64,000 bases of DNA, from assembly GCA_963782055.1 (NCBI GenBank), contig CAWAIF010000003.1, forward strand, positions 1,408,001 through 1,472,000, in the 5' to 3' direction. Source of the stretch: an uncultured delta proteobacterium (GTDB taxonomy: Bacteria > Myxococcota_A > Polyangia > Polyangiales > Polyangiaceae). Of this stretch, positions 9,586 to 24,215 are shown one piece after another; position 1 is the stretch's first letter, and every line of letters begins with the position of its first letter. The notes below the pieces were generated by a model, which made no database searches, was not told the DNA's origin, and was given only the letters and a program-made list of their open reading frames with translations. The translations under genes were made by a program, and so were the position numbers.

Positions 9586-10167
9586 TCACGTCGCGGCGGG
9601 GGCGCCGGGGGTCCGCCGTCTCCTCAGCCAGCCGATCAGCATCGCCACGGTGACGAACCCGTAGATGCCCACGAGCAGCCACACCAGGACGTACCCCATC
9701 GCGCTGGCGCCCTGGTGGACCTCGAGCGGAGGGGCGGCCCGGTCGTTCGCGAAGGCCCGGATGGTCGCCGCGATGGCGGCCTGTGGCGCGCGGTCGGTCT
9801 TCGCCCCGCCGAGCTGGCGTGAGCCGCTCCGGGTGACGACGTCGACGCCGTAGACCTTCTGGTCGGAGTAGTAGAGCAAGGTCTTGTGCGACCACACGAC
9901 CTTCGCTCCCAGCAGCTCGCTGGCCGGAAACTGCTCGCGATGATGGATCAGCCAGCCGTTGTCGATCTCGCAGCGATTCTCCGCCCTGCTGCAGGCGAGC
10001 GTGCCCCCCTGCGCGTCCAGCGTCCACTGGACCGCGAAGACGCCCGCGGCGAGCAGCGCCAGCACCATCATCACGAGCTGTCTGGGCCCGAGGCGAGACG
10101 CAGGTGGAGTCGCGGGACGGGCGCCGGAGGGATCGCCGTCGCCCGGGCCGGGCAGCGGGGAGGTCAC
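9586..10167 (-). CDS. Two-TM membrane protein of unknown function
   Basis: GTG at 10167 overlaps the kinase stop; two hydrophobic segments flank a periplasmic loop with a Cys pair. Confidence 0.7.
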   Translation of the reverse strand: MTSPLPGPGDGDPSGARPATPPASRLGPRQLVMMVLALLAAGVFAVQWTLDAQGGTLACSRAENRCEIDNGWLIHHREQFPASELLGAKVVWSHKTLLYYSDQKVYGVDVVTRSGSRQLGGAKTDRAPQAAIAATIRAFANDRAAPPLEVHQGASAMGYVLVWLLVGIYGFVTVAMLIGWLRRRRTPGAPAAT

Positions 10168-12014
10168 GGCGCCGACGCGGCAGGACTCGGGCTCCGGGCG
10201 TCCACCGCGGCGATCGCGCTCTCCACCACGTCGCCCTTGCGCAGGCACGACCAGCAATCGCGCGTGCCGAACAGCCCGCACCCGCGCCGTTGCTCCAGGT
10301 GCTTGAGCGTCGGCAGGGCGCGGCTGTCGCCCGCGGCGGTGACCTTCTCCACCGCCGCCTTCTTCGCCTTGCAGCCCTTGGCGTCGCGCAGGTCGAGCAG
10401 CGCGTCCAGCGCGGGCGACGCGTGCTTGCGGACCCCCGGCTGGTCGAGCGCCTTGGCGAAGCGCGACCGCTTGCCGCCCTTCTCGGCGAGGTCGTAGAGC
10501 ACGTCGGCGCCGCCCGCGCCCATCGGGCCCTCCAGCAGGTCCATCGCCCGGTCGGCGGTGGCGCCCTGGCCCTTCGCCGCGGCGGCGACCACCTTCTGCA
10601 TCGCCGGATCGGCGGCCGCGCTGGGGTCGGCGTCGAGCAAGGTGGCGAAGGAGCCGAGCGCGTCGTCGTCGCGGCCGCCCTTCGCGTACGCGCCCACGAG
10701 CGCGCGCAGCACCGCCGGATCGCGCGGGTGCTTCTGCGCCATCTTCTCCAGCGCGGGGATGCCCTTCGCCTGCGCCGCGGCGAGATCGTCCTCGTCCACC
10801 TCCGACTCGACCGTCGCCGAGGGCGCGCCGGGCACCGAGACGACGACGCGATGGCGACCGAGCGCCGAGGCCGCCACCACCACGACGAGCACCAGCAGGA
10901 GCGCCGCGCCGCCCGCGGCGCCGATCACGATCGCGCGCCGCTCGCGGGCGAAGGCGAGGGCGCGCGCGACGCGCGGGTCGGCGAGCAGCCCGGCCTTGGC
11001 GGGCATCACCATCGGCATGCGCGTCTTCGCCACGGCGTCGGCGGAGCTCCACGCGGGGGAGCGCGTGGAGATGGGCGGCGCGAGCGGGGAGCGTGTGGGG
11101 AGCGCCACGCCCGATGGCGGCGCGGGCGACGTCTCACCGAGCACCGCGGCGAGGGCGGCCTCCAGCTCGTGCGCGGAGGCGAAGCGATCCTCCGGCTTCT
11201 TCTCCAGCAGCTTGCGGACGATGGCCTCCACCGCGGACGAGACCGCCACGCCGGGGGCCGCCTCCGCGAAGGTCGGCACGGGCGCGGCCATGTGCATCCC
11301 CAGCAGGCCGACCAGATCGTCCGACTCGAAGGGGCGCCGGCCGGCGAGCATCTCGAAGAGCATGACGCCGAGCGCGTAGAGGTCCGCGCGCGCGTCGACG
11401 GTGTCGCCGGCGGCCTGCTCCGGCGCCATGTACTCCGGCGTGCCGAAGATCTGCCCCGCCTGGGTGAGGACCTGGCCGCCGCCGGCGTCGGCGCCCGCGA
11501 GATCGTCGACGTTGACCTTGGCGATGCCGAAGTCCAGCACCTTGACGAAGTCCCCGCCGCCCTCCTGCGCGATGAGCACGACGTTCTCCGGCTTCAGGTC
11601 GCGGTGGACGATCCCCAGCTCGTGGGCGCGGCCGAGCGCGCTGGCGATCTGCCTCGCGATGGAGACCGCGCGGGCCTCCGGCAGCGGCCCGGCCTCCCCC
11701 GCGTCGCGCAGGCTCATGCCCTCGACGAACTCGAGCACCAGGAAGAAGGAGCCGTCGGCGAGGCGGCCGAAGTCGGTGGCCTCCGCGACGTGCGGGTGAC
11801 CGATGTGCGCGGCCGCCATCGCCTCGCGCTCGAAGCGCGCCACCACCTCCGGGTTCTGGCACATCTCCTTGCGGAGCACCTTCAGGGCGAAGCGCTTGCG
11901 GAGGTGGGCGTGCTCCACGAGCCACACCGCGCCCATCCCGCCCATGCCCAGGAGGCGAAGGGTACGGTAGCGCTCGGCGACGATCTGCTCGGGCTCGAGG
12001 TCGGAATCGCTCAC
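10164..12014 (-). CDS. Membrane Ser/Thr protein kinase with extracytoplasmic helical C-terminal domain
   Basis: GMGGMG, ALK, HRDLKPEN, DFG, GTPEYMAPE; TM segment; Cys-containing tail (GCGLFGTRDCWSCLR). Confidence 0.95.
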   Translation of the reverse strand: MSDSDLEPEQIVAERYRTLRLLGMGGMGAVWLVEHAHLRKRFALKVLRKEMCQNPEVVARFEREAMAAAHIGHPHVAEATDFGRLADGSFFLVLEFVEGMSLRDAGEAGPLPEARAVSIARQIASALGRAHELGIVHRDLKPENVVLIAQEGGGDFVKVLDFGIAKVNVDDLAGADAGGGQVLTQAGQIFGTPEYMAPEQAAGDTVDARADLYALGVMLFEMLAGRRPFESDDLVGLLGMHMAAPVPTFAEAAPGVAVSSAVEAIVRKLLEKKPEDRFASAHELEAALAAVLGETSPAPPSGVALPTRSPLAPPISTRSPAWSSADAVAKTRMPMVMPAKAGLLADPRVARALAFARERRAIVIGAAGGAALLLVLVVVVAASALGRHRVVVSVPGAPSATVESEVDEDDLAAAQAKGIPALEKMAQKHPRDPAVLRALVGAYAKGGRDDDALGSFATLLDADPSAAADPAMQKVVAAAAKGQGATADRAMDLLEGPMGAGGADVLYDLAEKGGKRSRFAKALDQPGVRKHASPALDALLDLRDAKGCKAKKAAVEKVTAAGDSRALPTLKHLEQRRGCGLFGTRDCWSCLRKGDVVESAIAAVDARSPSPAASAP

Positions 12015-12083
12015 GAGGGGCAGAAGGTAGGCGTGCGGGAGGGCGGCCGCAACGCGGACCGCATGCTTTACGAGGCCGTGCTT

Positions 12084-14765
<2,682 letters not shown>

Positions 14766-14922
14766 GGCTGCGAGCGCATGTAACGCCGAAGCGGAAAAAT
14801 GGCCAGCGGGAGGCCACACCGATCGTATCGGTCGGGTGACACTGGATCGCAACTTGTCCACGGGGGAGCGTGCGAAAACGCTGGACGCACGGTGGATTCG
14901 CTGCAAACTCAGGCTTCGTAAC

Positions 14923-15501
14923 ATGGCCGCGCACCCCTCCTACGATTCGCTCCCGCGCTACGGCATGACGGAGGACAACCCCGACGCGTCGCTCCCCCGC
15001 TTCGCGATCGAAGAGAGCGCGCGCTACTTGGATTTCGACGATCTGGATGCGATGCAGACGCGCGTTCGCGAGGCATCCGTGGACTACTCCGCCGCGCCCC
15101 CGACGAAGGTGCACGCCAAGCGCGCGCTGCGCGCGGGCACGCGCCCGAAGCCGCAGGCCCGGCTCGACGACGTGATCGAAGACCTGCGCGAGGCCGCCGG
15201 CGGTCCCGTCGCGCGCGAGCTGTCCTCGCGCGACATCGCCGACGCGACCTGCGAGCTCACCGCCGACGATCTGGACGAGGTCGTCGTCCTCGCCGATGGC
15301 GAGGCCGAGCTGATCGACGCGCCGCCGGAGCGTCCGGTGTGGAACGTACGGGAGGCGTCGCCGCTCCGCCTGCCGCCGCGCCCGGCGATCGCCGCGGCGC
15401 CGCCCAGCCGCGCCGTGACCGCCCTGGCCGTGGGGGCCGGGATCCTGCTCGCGGTGTCGGCGGCCGCCGCCACGCTCTTCTTCAGTGGCGTGACGCTGTA
15501 G
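14923..15501 (+). CDS. Acidic hypothetical protein with C-terminal TM helix
   Basis: GC3-biased ORF divergent from acnA; hydrophobic C-terminus. Confidence 0.7.
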   Translation: MAAHPSYDSLPRYGMTEDNPDASLPRFAIEESARYLDFDDLDAMQTRVREASVDYSAAPPTKVHAKRALRAGTRPKPQARLDDVIEDLREAAGGPVARELSSRDIADATCELTADDLDEVVVLADGEAELIDAPPERPVWNVREASPLRLPPRPAIAAAPPSRAVTALAVGAGILLAVSAAAATLFFSGVTL

Positions 15502-15638
15502 ACTTCCGCCCGGTCTGCGCGGCGGGTCGTCTTCTGGCGCCTCCGGTCCGTCTCAAGCGGGCTTTTTGGTTGGCCGAGCCCTGCCGTTGGGTCAGACTTC
15601 GCTCCGCCTCCGCCAGCGTCTGCCCGAAGGAGGGAGCC

Positions 15639-16481
15639 GTGACCCAGCCTCCGCGTCCTCGCCAGCATTCCGTCCGCAAGTGGGTGCCCGTCCAGCGTCC
15701 GAGGGACGACTTCGACACCGCGCGCACCAACGAGCTGCCGCCGCTCTCGCACCGCGTCGCCGTGCGCACGCTCTCGCAGCCCGACACGACGGGCGAGATC
15801 GATGCGGCCGACATCCTGGTCGCCGTGCCCGTCGCCCGTCCGCCTGCACGGCGGGTGTCGGCGCCGCCGCCACCCGCCGACGAGATCGTGGTGGAGGTGG
15901 GCCCGGTGGAGGTGCGCCCCCCGACCTTCTCCATCAACGCCACCCAGGAGATCCTGGCCGAGGACGTGGTGGAGGAGCTGGCCTTGCAGCAGGCGCCCAA
16001 CCCCTTCCTGGAGCAGGCGCCCTTCCGGCCCGCGCCGTACGTCGCCGCCCCGCCCTCGGACATGCCGTCGGCGCCGCCGCCGCCATGGACGGTGGATACG
16101 CTGGAGGAGGACCTCTTCGCCCCCCACCTGTCCATCCGCGACCCGCAGCTCACCGCCCTGAGCACGATGGAGCTCATCCGTCGCCGCTCCCGCGGGACGC
16201 TGGTCGTCGGCGCCGTCGTCGGCGCGGCCGTCGGGGTGGTGCTGCTCGCGCTGGGGATCAAGCTCCTGTCCGGCGGCTCCGACACCGTCTCCGCCGCGAG
16301 CGAGCCGGCCACCACGCTGGTGCGCGACGCCAAGACCCGCGAGCACCTCATCTACCCGCCCGCCGTCAACGTCGGCCACGCCGTCACGCCGACGCGCCAC
16401 GCCGCGGCCCGGCCGGCCCTGACGATCGACACCTCCAACGTGCCGACCGTCTCCATCGACTCCCTGCCGCGCGCCCGCTGA
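15639..16481 (+). CDS. Pro/acidic-rich single-pass membrane protein
   Basis: RBS AAGGAGGG before GTG; TM segment; ends VPTVSIDSLPRAR. Confidence 0.75.
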   Translation: MTQPPRPRQHSVRKWVPVQRPRDDFDTARTNELPPLSHRVAVRTLSQPDTTGEIDAADILVAVPVARPPARRVSAPPPPADEIVVEVGPVEVRPPTFSINATQEILAEDVVEELALQQAPNPFLEQAPFRPAPYVAAPPSDMPSAPPPPWTVDTLEEDLFAPHLSIRDPQLTALSTMELIRRRSRGTLVVGAVVGAAVGVVLLALGIKLLSGGSDTVSAASEPATTLVRDAKTREHLIYPPAVNVGHAVTPTRHAAARPALTIDTSNVPTVSIDSLPRAR

Positions 16482-16546
16482 GCCGGCCACGGCCCGCCGA
16501 CCGCCGACCCTTCCCCTCCGCCCCCGGCGAGATTAGGTTGCCCGGG

Positions 16547-17878
16547 ATGCGTCCGCCGCCGGCCTTCGGGCTCCTCCTCGCCCTCGTCCTCGCCGGGTGC
16601 TCCAACCCGAAGCCCTCGTCGGCCAGGACCGACGAGCCGGGCCCGGCACCCTCCGCCAGCGCCCCCACGCCCGCGCCGGCGTCCGACGCGCAGGCGCCCG
16701 CGGCCGACGCCGGCACCGCGGCGCTCCCCGCGCCGCCGCTCGAGGGGCAGGACTTCGTCGCCGAGGCGAAGGACCTCTTCCGCGTCGCGGCGTGCGGGGG
16801 CGAGGGGCCCGTGCCGCCCGGCTTCGACGCCGCCGTGGTCAACGCCCACTGCGCCGCCATGGCGAAGATGTATGCAGAATACAAGTCTTCGTGGATGGAC
16901 GTGGCGATGCCCTTCCTCGCCAAGCTGGTGCCGGCGTCCACGCCCACCACCGTCGTCTACCCCTTCGGCGGCGGGGACCTGCTCGGCGCGCTCGCCACCT
17001 ACCCGAAGGGCACCGACTTCACCACCGTCTCGCTGGAGGCGGCGGCCTCCGTCCGCAAGGTGGACCGCGTCCCGCCGGCGTCGCTCAAGAAGGAGCTCGC
17101 GCGCTACCGCATGGTGCTGGAGAAGTACTTCGAGAAGGCTCACAGCCGCACCGACAACCTGGGCATCGGCACGCGCAGCGTGCTGCCGGGCGAGCTCGTC
17201 TTCGACCTGGTCGCGCTGGAGCTGCACGGCTACGAGCCGACGAGCCTGCGCTACTTCCACTTCGCCCCCGACGGCACCGTCAAGTACGTGCACAAGAGCG
17301 AGGTCGACGCGGCCGACGCCGCGGTGAAGGCGAAGAAGAAGACGCGCAAGCAGGCGGACGCGGCGCTCTTCCGCAACGTGGAGCTGCAGTTCCGCAAGCG
17401 CGGCGACGCCGCGGCCCCGGTGAAGATCCTCCGGCACGTCGCCTTCAACCTGGACGACGAGCACATGAAGAAGGACGGCCGTCTCTTGAAGTTCCTGGAG
17501 GCGAAGGGCAAGGTCGCGGCGATGACGAAGGCCGCCAGCCACCTGCTCTGGTCGGACGACTTCTCCATCATCCGGAACTACCTGGCGACACACACCGACT
17601 GGATGATCAGCGACTCCACCGGCTTCACCCCCGCCTACGCGAAGAAGATGGGCTTCGTGCAGGACACCTACGGCACGTACACGTGGCCGGAGCCCTTCGG
17701 CACGGTGGACGTCAAGGACGCCGAGGCGCTGCACAAGCTCTTCGAGTCCAACCCCCACGTCGACCTGTCCTTCCGCTACGGCTACCCGGACAAGGACCAC
17801 CACGGGCACATCGTGGTCACGCGCAAGCCCGGCGTGGGCAAGGCGCTCGCGGCGGCGGACGCGCCGCACGCCAGGTAG
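16547..17878 (+). CDS. Lipoprotein of unknown function
   Basis: Lipobox LAGC, Pro/Ala linker, globular domain with [22 protein letters not shown] and FRYGYPD motifs. Confidence 0.85.
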   Translation: MRPPPAFGLLLALVLAGCSNPKPSSARTDEPGPAPSASAPTPAPASDAQAPAADAGTAALPAPPLEGQDFVAEAKDLFRVAACGGEGPVPPGFDAAVVNAHCAAMAKMYAEYKSSWMDVAMPFLAKLVPASTPTTVVYPFGGGDLLGALATYPKGTDFTTVSLEAAASVRKVDRVPPASLKKELARYRMVLEKYFEKAHSRTDNLGIGTRSVLPGELVFDLVALELHGYEPTSLRYFHFAPDGTVKYVHKSEVDAADAAVKAKKKTRKQADAALFRNVELQFRKRGDAAAPVKILRHVAFNLDDEHMKKDGRLLKFLEAKGKVAAMTKAASHLLWSDDFSIIRNYLATHTDWMISDSTGFTPAYAKKMGFVQDTYGTYTWPEPFGTVDVKDAEALHKLFESNPHVDLSFRYGYPDKDHHGHIVVTRKPGVGKALAAADAPHAR

Positions 17879-17883
17879 CGCGG

Positions 17884-18726
17884 ATGCGTCAGTACCTGGA
17901 CCTGCTCTCCACCATCCTCGAGCGCGGGCGCGACCGCCCGGACCGCACCGGCACCGGGACGCGTGGCATCTTCGGTCACCAGATGCGCTTCGACCTGCGC
18001 GAGGGCTTCCCCCTCCTCACGACGAAGAAGGTCCACACCAAGAGCATCATCCACGAGCTGCTCTGGTTCTTGCGCGGGGACACGCACGTCGCCTCCTTGC
18101 AGGCGGCGGGCGTCTCCATCTGGAACGAGTGGGCGACCGCCGAGCAGGCGGCGCGCTTCGGCCGCGCGGCGGGGGATCTCGGTCCGGTCTACGGGCACCA
18201 GTGGCGCAACTTCGGGGCGACGCTCCGGCCCGACGGCACCTACGCGCGGGACGGCGTGGACCAGATCGCCAGGCTGCTCGTCGACCTGCGCGAGCGGCCG
18301 CACTCCCGCCGCCACGTCGTCACCGGCTGGAACCCGAAGGAGAGCGATCAGGTCGCGCTGCCGCCCTGTCACACCCTCTTCCAGTTCCACGTCCAGGACG
18401 GCGAGCTCTCCTGCCAGCTCTACCAGCGCAGCGCCGACGTCTTCCTGGGCGTGCCCTTCAACATCGCGAGCTACGCCCTGCTCACCATGATGATCGCGCA
18501 GGTGACGGGGCTGCGCGCGGCGGAGTTCGTCCACACCTTCGGCGACGCGCACCTGTACAAGAATCACTTCGAGCAGGCGCGCCTGCAGCTCTCCCGCGAG
18601 CCGCGCCCGCTGCCGCGCATGCGCCTCGACCCGGAGGTGAACGACCTCTTCGCCTTTCGCTTCGAGCACTTCACGCTCGAGGGCTACGACCCGCACCCGC
18701 ACATCCCCGCGCCGGTGGCCGTATGA
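17884..18726 (+). CDS. thyA: Thymidylate synthase
   Basis: [50 protein letters not shown]. Confidence 0.97.
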   Translation: MRQYLDLLSTILERGRDRPDRTGTGTRGIFGHQMRFDLREGFPLLTTKKVHTKSIIHELLWFLRGDTHVASLQAAGVSIWNEWATAEQAARFGRAAGDLGPVYGHQWRNFGATLRPDGTYARDGVDQIARLLVDLRERPHSRRHVVTGWNPKESDQVALPPCHTLFQFHVQDGELSCQLYQRSADVFLGVPFNIASYALLTMMIAQVTGLRAAEFVHTFGDAHLYKNHFEQARLQLSREPRPLPRMRLDPEVNDLFAFRFEHFTLEGYDPHPHIPAPVAV

Positions 18727-19217
18727 GCCGCGGGGTCGCGCTGGTCTTCGCGATGAGCGACGCGCGCGTCATCGGAAAGGACGGCGGGCTGCCGTGGCAC
18801 ATCCCGGAGGACATGAAGCACTTCCGCCGGGTGACGCTCGACCACGCCGTCGTCATGGGACGCTTGACCTATCAATCGATGGGCGAGCCGCTGCCGCGCC
18901 GCCGCAACATCGTCGTCACGCGCGACCCGGCCGTCCGCTTCGAGGGGTGCGAGGTCGTCACCACGCTGGACGCCGCGCTGGAGCTCGCCTGGCAGACCGA
19001 CGACGAGCCGCGCGTCATCGGCGGCTCGCAGATCTACGCCCTGGCGTTGCCCCGTGCGACGCGCATGTACATGACCGAGATCCACCGCGACGTGGAGGGG
19101 GACGTGCGCTTCCCCGAGTTCGACCGGAGCGAGTGGCGGGAGGTGGAGCGCCGGCGCGCGGAGACCGAGCCGGACGTGGAGTTCGTGACGCTGGAGCGGG
19201 TGCGGCCCGCCCCGTGA
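18723..19217 (+). CDS. folA: Dihydrofolate reductase
   Basis: [44 protein letters not shown] overlap with thyA. Confidence 0.95.
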   Translation: MSRGVALVFAMSDARVIGKDGGLPWHIPEDMKHFRRVTLDHAVVMGRLTYQSMGEPLPRRRNIVVTRDPAVRFEGCEVVTTLDAALELAWQTDDEPRVIGGSQIYALALPRATRMYMTEIHRDVEGDVRFPEFDRSEWREVERRRAETEPDVEFVTLERVRPAP

Positions 19218-19230
19218 CGCCAGGCGGGGC

Positions 19231-19617
19231 CTAGTCCAGGTAGACGGCGCCCTCGGTCGCGTCGACGGTGACCGCCGCGCCCTCGGCGATCACCAGCTCG
19301 TCCTCCTCGTCGCCCTCGTGGAGCACCATGCAGGCGTCGGCGTAGCGGACGATGAGCGCGCCGCAGCCCACCAGGCACGGCTTGCCCAGCGTCCGCGCCA
19401 CGATCGCGCCGTCCCCGGTGATGCCGCCGCGGGTGGTGACGATGGCGGCCGCCACGCGCAGGCCGGGCATGTCCTCCGCGCTCGTCTCCATCCGGACGAG
19501 CACCGGCGGCGTTCCCTTCGCGGCGAGCGCGACCGCGGCCTCCGCCGAGAAGGCGACCGGGCCGGAGGCGCGGCCCGGGCTGGCGCTCTGCCCGCGGGCG
19601 AGGAGGCGGCTGCTCAT
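19231..19617 (-). CDS. Stand-alone PEP-utilising enzyme mobile (phosphocarrier) domain, PPDK-like, His replaced by Asp
   Basis: ASPGRASGPVAF, VLVRMETSAEDMPGL, TTRGGITGDGAIVARTLGKPCLVGC, VTVDATEGAVY. Confidence 0.85.
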   Translation of the reverse strand: MSSRLLARGQSASPGRASGPVAFSAEAAVALAAKGTPPVLVRMETSAEDMPGLRVAAAIVTTRGGITGDGAIVARTLGKPCLVGCGALIVRYADACMVLHEGDEEDELVIAEGAAVTVDATEGAVYLD

Positions 19618-19786
19618 GGCCGGTGGATGTACCAACGAGCGGCCCTGCGCACAACCCGCGGGGGTCGGGGTCGAGGCGTCCGGCCGCGCGGCGCCGCGGC
19701 CGGGCGTTGACGGGGTGGGGGTGGGCGAGCGTCACCCGCGGTTCACACGCCTCCGCCATCCGCCAAGAACTCCGGGCCTTTCTCGC

Positions 19787-19802
19787 TGGCACCCTCGTTG
19801 CT
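19787..19802 (+). promoter_or_regulatory. Sigma-54 (-24/-12) promoter consensus
   Basis: TGGCAC-CCTCG-TTGCT is an exact TGGCAC-N5-TTGC(A/T) match, 15 nt upstream of the ATG at 19818. Confidence 0.7.
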
Positions 19803-19817
19803 CTTTCCCTTCATGCG

Positions 19818-20321
19818 ATGCGTCTCCCGGCTCCCCTCCTCGTCCTGGCCGCCGGCGCCGCCCTCGGGTCGGCGGCGTGCGTCGCCAACTCGGCCCCGCG
19901 GGCGAACGGCTACAACGTGGAGCTCTGGTTCGCGGGGCCCCACGTGGGGCAGGCGCTGACGGTCGGCGAGGCCGCGCCCATCGAGGTGAAGCGCGTGGAG
20001 TCCGACTGGAGCGCGTGCGCCAACCAGTCGGCGCGGTGCGATCCGACGACGACGATGCCCATCACCCTCGTCTCCGCGGCCTGCGACGACGACGCGTGCT
20101 CCGTCGAGTCGGTGCCGAGCGACGACGGCGTCGTCCACCTCCGCACCACCGGCACGCGCGCCGGCGCCGCCACCCTCCGGGTGCACGTCATGACCCGGGA
20201 CGGCACCACCCTCGAGGACTCCTATCCCCTCGTCTTCGAGGTCAAGCCCGTCCAGGATACGCAGCGCGCGGTCGTCGATCTCGCCCTGCGCGCAGACCAG
20301 GCGTACGCTCCGGCGCGCTGA
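19818..20321 (+). CDS. Small beta-rich lipoprotein
   Basis: Signal peptide ending GSAAC; paired Cys; Ig-like strand pattern. Confidence 0.7.
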   Translation: MRLPAPLLVLAAGAALGSAACVANSAPRANGYNVELWFAGPHVGQALTVGEAAPIEVKRVESDWSACANQSARCDPTTTMPITLVSAACDDDACSVESVPSDDGVVHLRTTGTRAGAATLRVHVMTRDGTTLEDSYPLVFEVKPVQDTQRAVVDLALRADQAYAPAR

Positions 20322-20383
20322 CCGCCCCCGGGCGCGCCATCCGGGCGCGACGGCGGTGCAGGTCGTGCATCGGGAGCGACTCC

Positions 20384-20983
20384 ATGATCGATCTGTACAC
20401 CTGGACGACACCCAACGGCCTCAAGGCCCTCATCCTGCTCGAGGAGCTGGGCCTAGAGTACCGCGCCATCCCGGTGAACATCGACAAGGGCGAGCAGCAC
20501 GCTCCGGAGTTTCTGCGGGTCAATCCCAACGCCAAGATCCCCGCTGTCGTCGACGACGGCGTGCGCGTCTTCGAGTCCGGCGCCATCCTCATCCACCTCG
20601 CCGAGAAGGCCGGGCGCTTCCTGCCGGCGTCCGGCCAGCCGCGCGCCGACACGCTCTCCTGGCTCATGTTCCAGATGGGCGGCGTCGGGCCGATGTTCGG
20701 CCAGTTCGGTCACTTCATGATGGCCAAGCGCGAGGATCCGTACCCGCTCGAGCGCTACGCGAAGGAGACCCAGCGTCTCGCCCGCGTGCTGGACGAGCGC
20801 CTCGCCGATGTCCCCTTCCTCGCCGGCGAGTACTCCATCGCCGACATGGCCACCGTCGGGTGGGTACGCGGCATGGAGTCCCGCATGAAGGTGGACATGA
20901 CGCCGTACCCCCACCTCACGCGGTGGCGGGACACCGTGAGCGAGCGTCCTGCCGTGCAGCGCGCGCTCGCCTGGAAGCCCTGA
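20384..20983 (+). CDS. Glutathione S-transferase (YfcG/Nu-class-like)
   Basis: DLYTWTTPNG, NPNAKIP, FESGAIL, WLMFQMGGVGPMFGQ, YSIAD. Confidence 0.93.
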   Translation: MIDLYTWTTPNGLKALILLEELGLEYRAIPVNIDKGEQHAPEFLRVNPNAKIPAVVDDGVRVFESGAILIHLAEKAGRFLPASGQPRADTLSWLMFQMGGVGPMFGQFGHFMMAKREDPYPLERYAKETQRLARVLDERLADVPFLAGEYSIADMATVGWVRGMESRMKVDMTPYPHLTRWRDTVSERPAVQRALAWKP

Positions 20984-21028
20984 CCTCCCGGAGCGTCCTC
21001 ACCCGCGACTTCGTGCTACGAAGAGGGC

Positions 21029-21622
21029 GTGCGACGCGTCCTGTGCCTCTCCGTCTGCGGTCTGTCCGTCGCCGTCGCGTGTGGCGGGTCGGAGCCGCAG
21101 TCGTACCCGCCCAGCGCGCCCGTGGGGCCGTGCAACGCGGTGGAGCAGCAGCACCCCATCGAGGGGCAGACCCACGTCGACGTGTGCTCGCACATCGACT
21201 ACCAGACCAGGCCGCCGTCGTCGGGCGACCACTACCCCATCTGGGCGGCGTACCGCAGCTACCCCGACGCCATCCCGGAGGGCTTCTGGGTACACGACCT
21301 GGAGCACGGGGCGGTGGTCTTCTCCTACAACTGCACCAACTGCGCAGACCAGATCGCCGCGGCGCAGGCGCTCATCGACGCGCAGCCGGACGATCCGCTC
21401 TGCACGCCCGTGGGGCTGCACAACCGCTTCGTCATGACGCCCGACCCGCACCTGGACGTGCCCTTCGCCGCGAGCACGTGGGGATGGACGCTGCGCGCCG
21501 ACTGCTTCGACGCCGCCGCCTTCGGCGACTTCGTGAAGAAACACTACGGTCAGGGCCGCGAGCCGGTCTGCGGCCAGGGCCAGGATGTCTCGACCGGGCT
21601 GGCGCCCGGGTGCGGGCAGTGA
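21029..21622 (+). CDS. DUF3105-family lipoprotein
   Basis: VAC lipobox; YQTRPPSSGDHY, VHDLEHGAVVFSYNC, STWGW. Confidence 0.85.
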   Translation: MRRVLCLSVCGLSVAVACGGSEPQSYPPSAPVGPCNAVEQQHPIEGQTHVDVCSHIDYQTRPPSSGDHYPIWAAYRSYPDAIPEGFWVHDLEHGAVVFSYNCTNCADQIAAAQALIDAQPDDPLCTPVGLHNRFVMTPDPHLDVPFAASTWGWTLRADCFDAAAFGDFVKKHYGQGREPVCGQGQDVSTGLAPGCGQ

Positions 21623-21626
21623 TGCC

Positions 21627-22175
21627 ATGCGCACTGTGACGTGGTTGCTGATCCCCGCGCTGCTGCTGCCGGCGTGCTCGCGCGACGAGGCCACGACTTC
21701 AGCGACGCCCGCGCCGTCCGCGTCGCAGACCCCGGCGGTCGCGCCCCCGGCGTCGGTGGCCCCGGCGGGCGCGCCGCCGCGCAACTTCGGAGAGGTGATG
21801 GCGGAGGTGGGTAGCCGCTTCCAGATGGCGGGTCAGGCCGAGGAGGCCAGCCGCTTCGAGATGGCCGCCTTCCAGGTGGGCGAGCTCGGGGAGCTCTTCG
21901 AGGACGACCTCCCGCACGCCAGCCTGCCGAAGGAGGGGCCGACCGCGCAGATCCCCGGGATGATGCGCGCCTTCGTCGCCAGCAACATCCCCGAGCTGCA
22001 GAAGGCCGCCAATGCGCGTGACCCGAAGGCGTTCGCCGGCGCGTTCGCCAGCGCCGCGGAGGCGTGCAACGGCTGTCATGTCGCCTCGGCGAAGGGGTTC
22101 ATCGAGATCCCGAGCGTGCCCGGCAAGGCGGTGCCGGACCTGTCCCCGGTACCGGCGTCCGCCAGGGGGAAGTGA
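21627..22175 (+). CDS. Monoheme c-type cytochrome lipoprotein (cytochrome c'-like helical bundle)
   Basis: Lipobox LPAC; C-terminal ACNGCH; helical body. Confidence 0.8.
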   Translation: MRTVTWLLIPALLLPACSRDEATTSATPAPSASQTPAVAPPASVAPAGAPPRNFGEVMAEVGSRFQMAGQAEEASRFEMAAFQVGELGELFEDDLPHASLPKEGPTAQIPGMMRAFVASNIPELQKAANARDPKAFAGAFASAAEACNGCHVASAKGFIEIPSVPGKAVPDLSPVPASARGK

Positions 22176-22317
22176 GCCGGAGGACGCGGGTGCGCGGGGA
22201 GTTGGGAGCGCTCGGGGGGTGATCGTGGTGGCGTGCTCGGAGCTGTCGAGGCGGGGCCGTCCTCGCGGCGGGGTCGGGGGCGTGCGCTGGACGCGTCCGA
22301 TGCTACCGTGATGGTTC

Positions 22318-24195
<1,878 letters not shown>

Positions 24196-24215
24196 CGCAC
24201 GCCAGGCGTCGCGAT

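Noticed and set aside
14854..14862. DnaA-box-like TTGTCCACG upstream of acnA
   Set aside because: Single imperfect copy with no origin context.
15546..15568. Intrinsic terminator (short stem + T5)
   Set aside because: Stem is only about 5 bp with a G-U pair; too weak to call.
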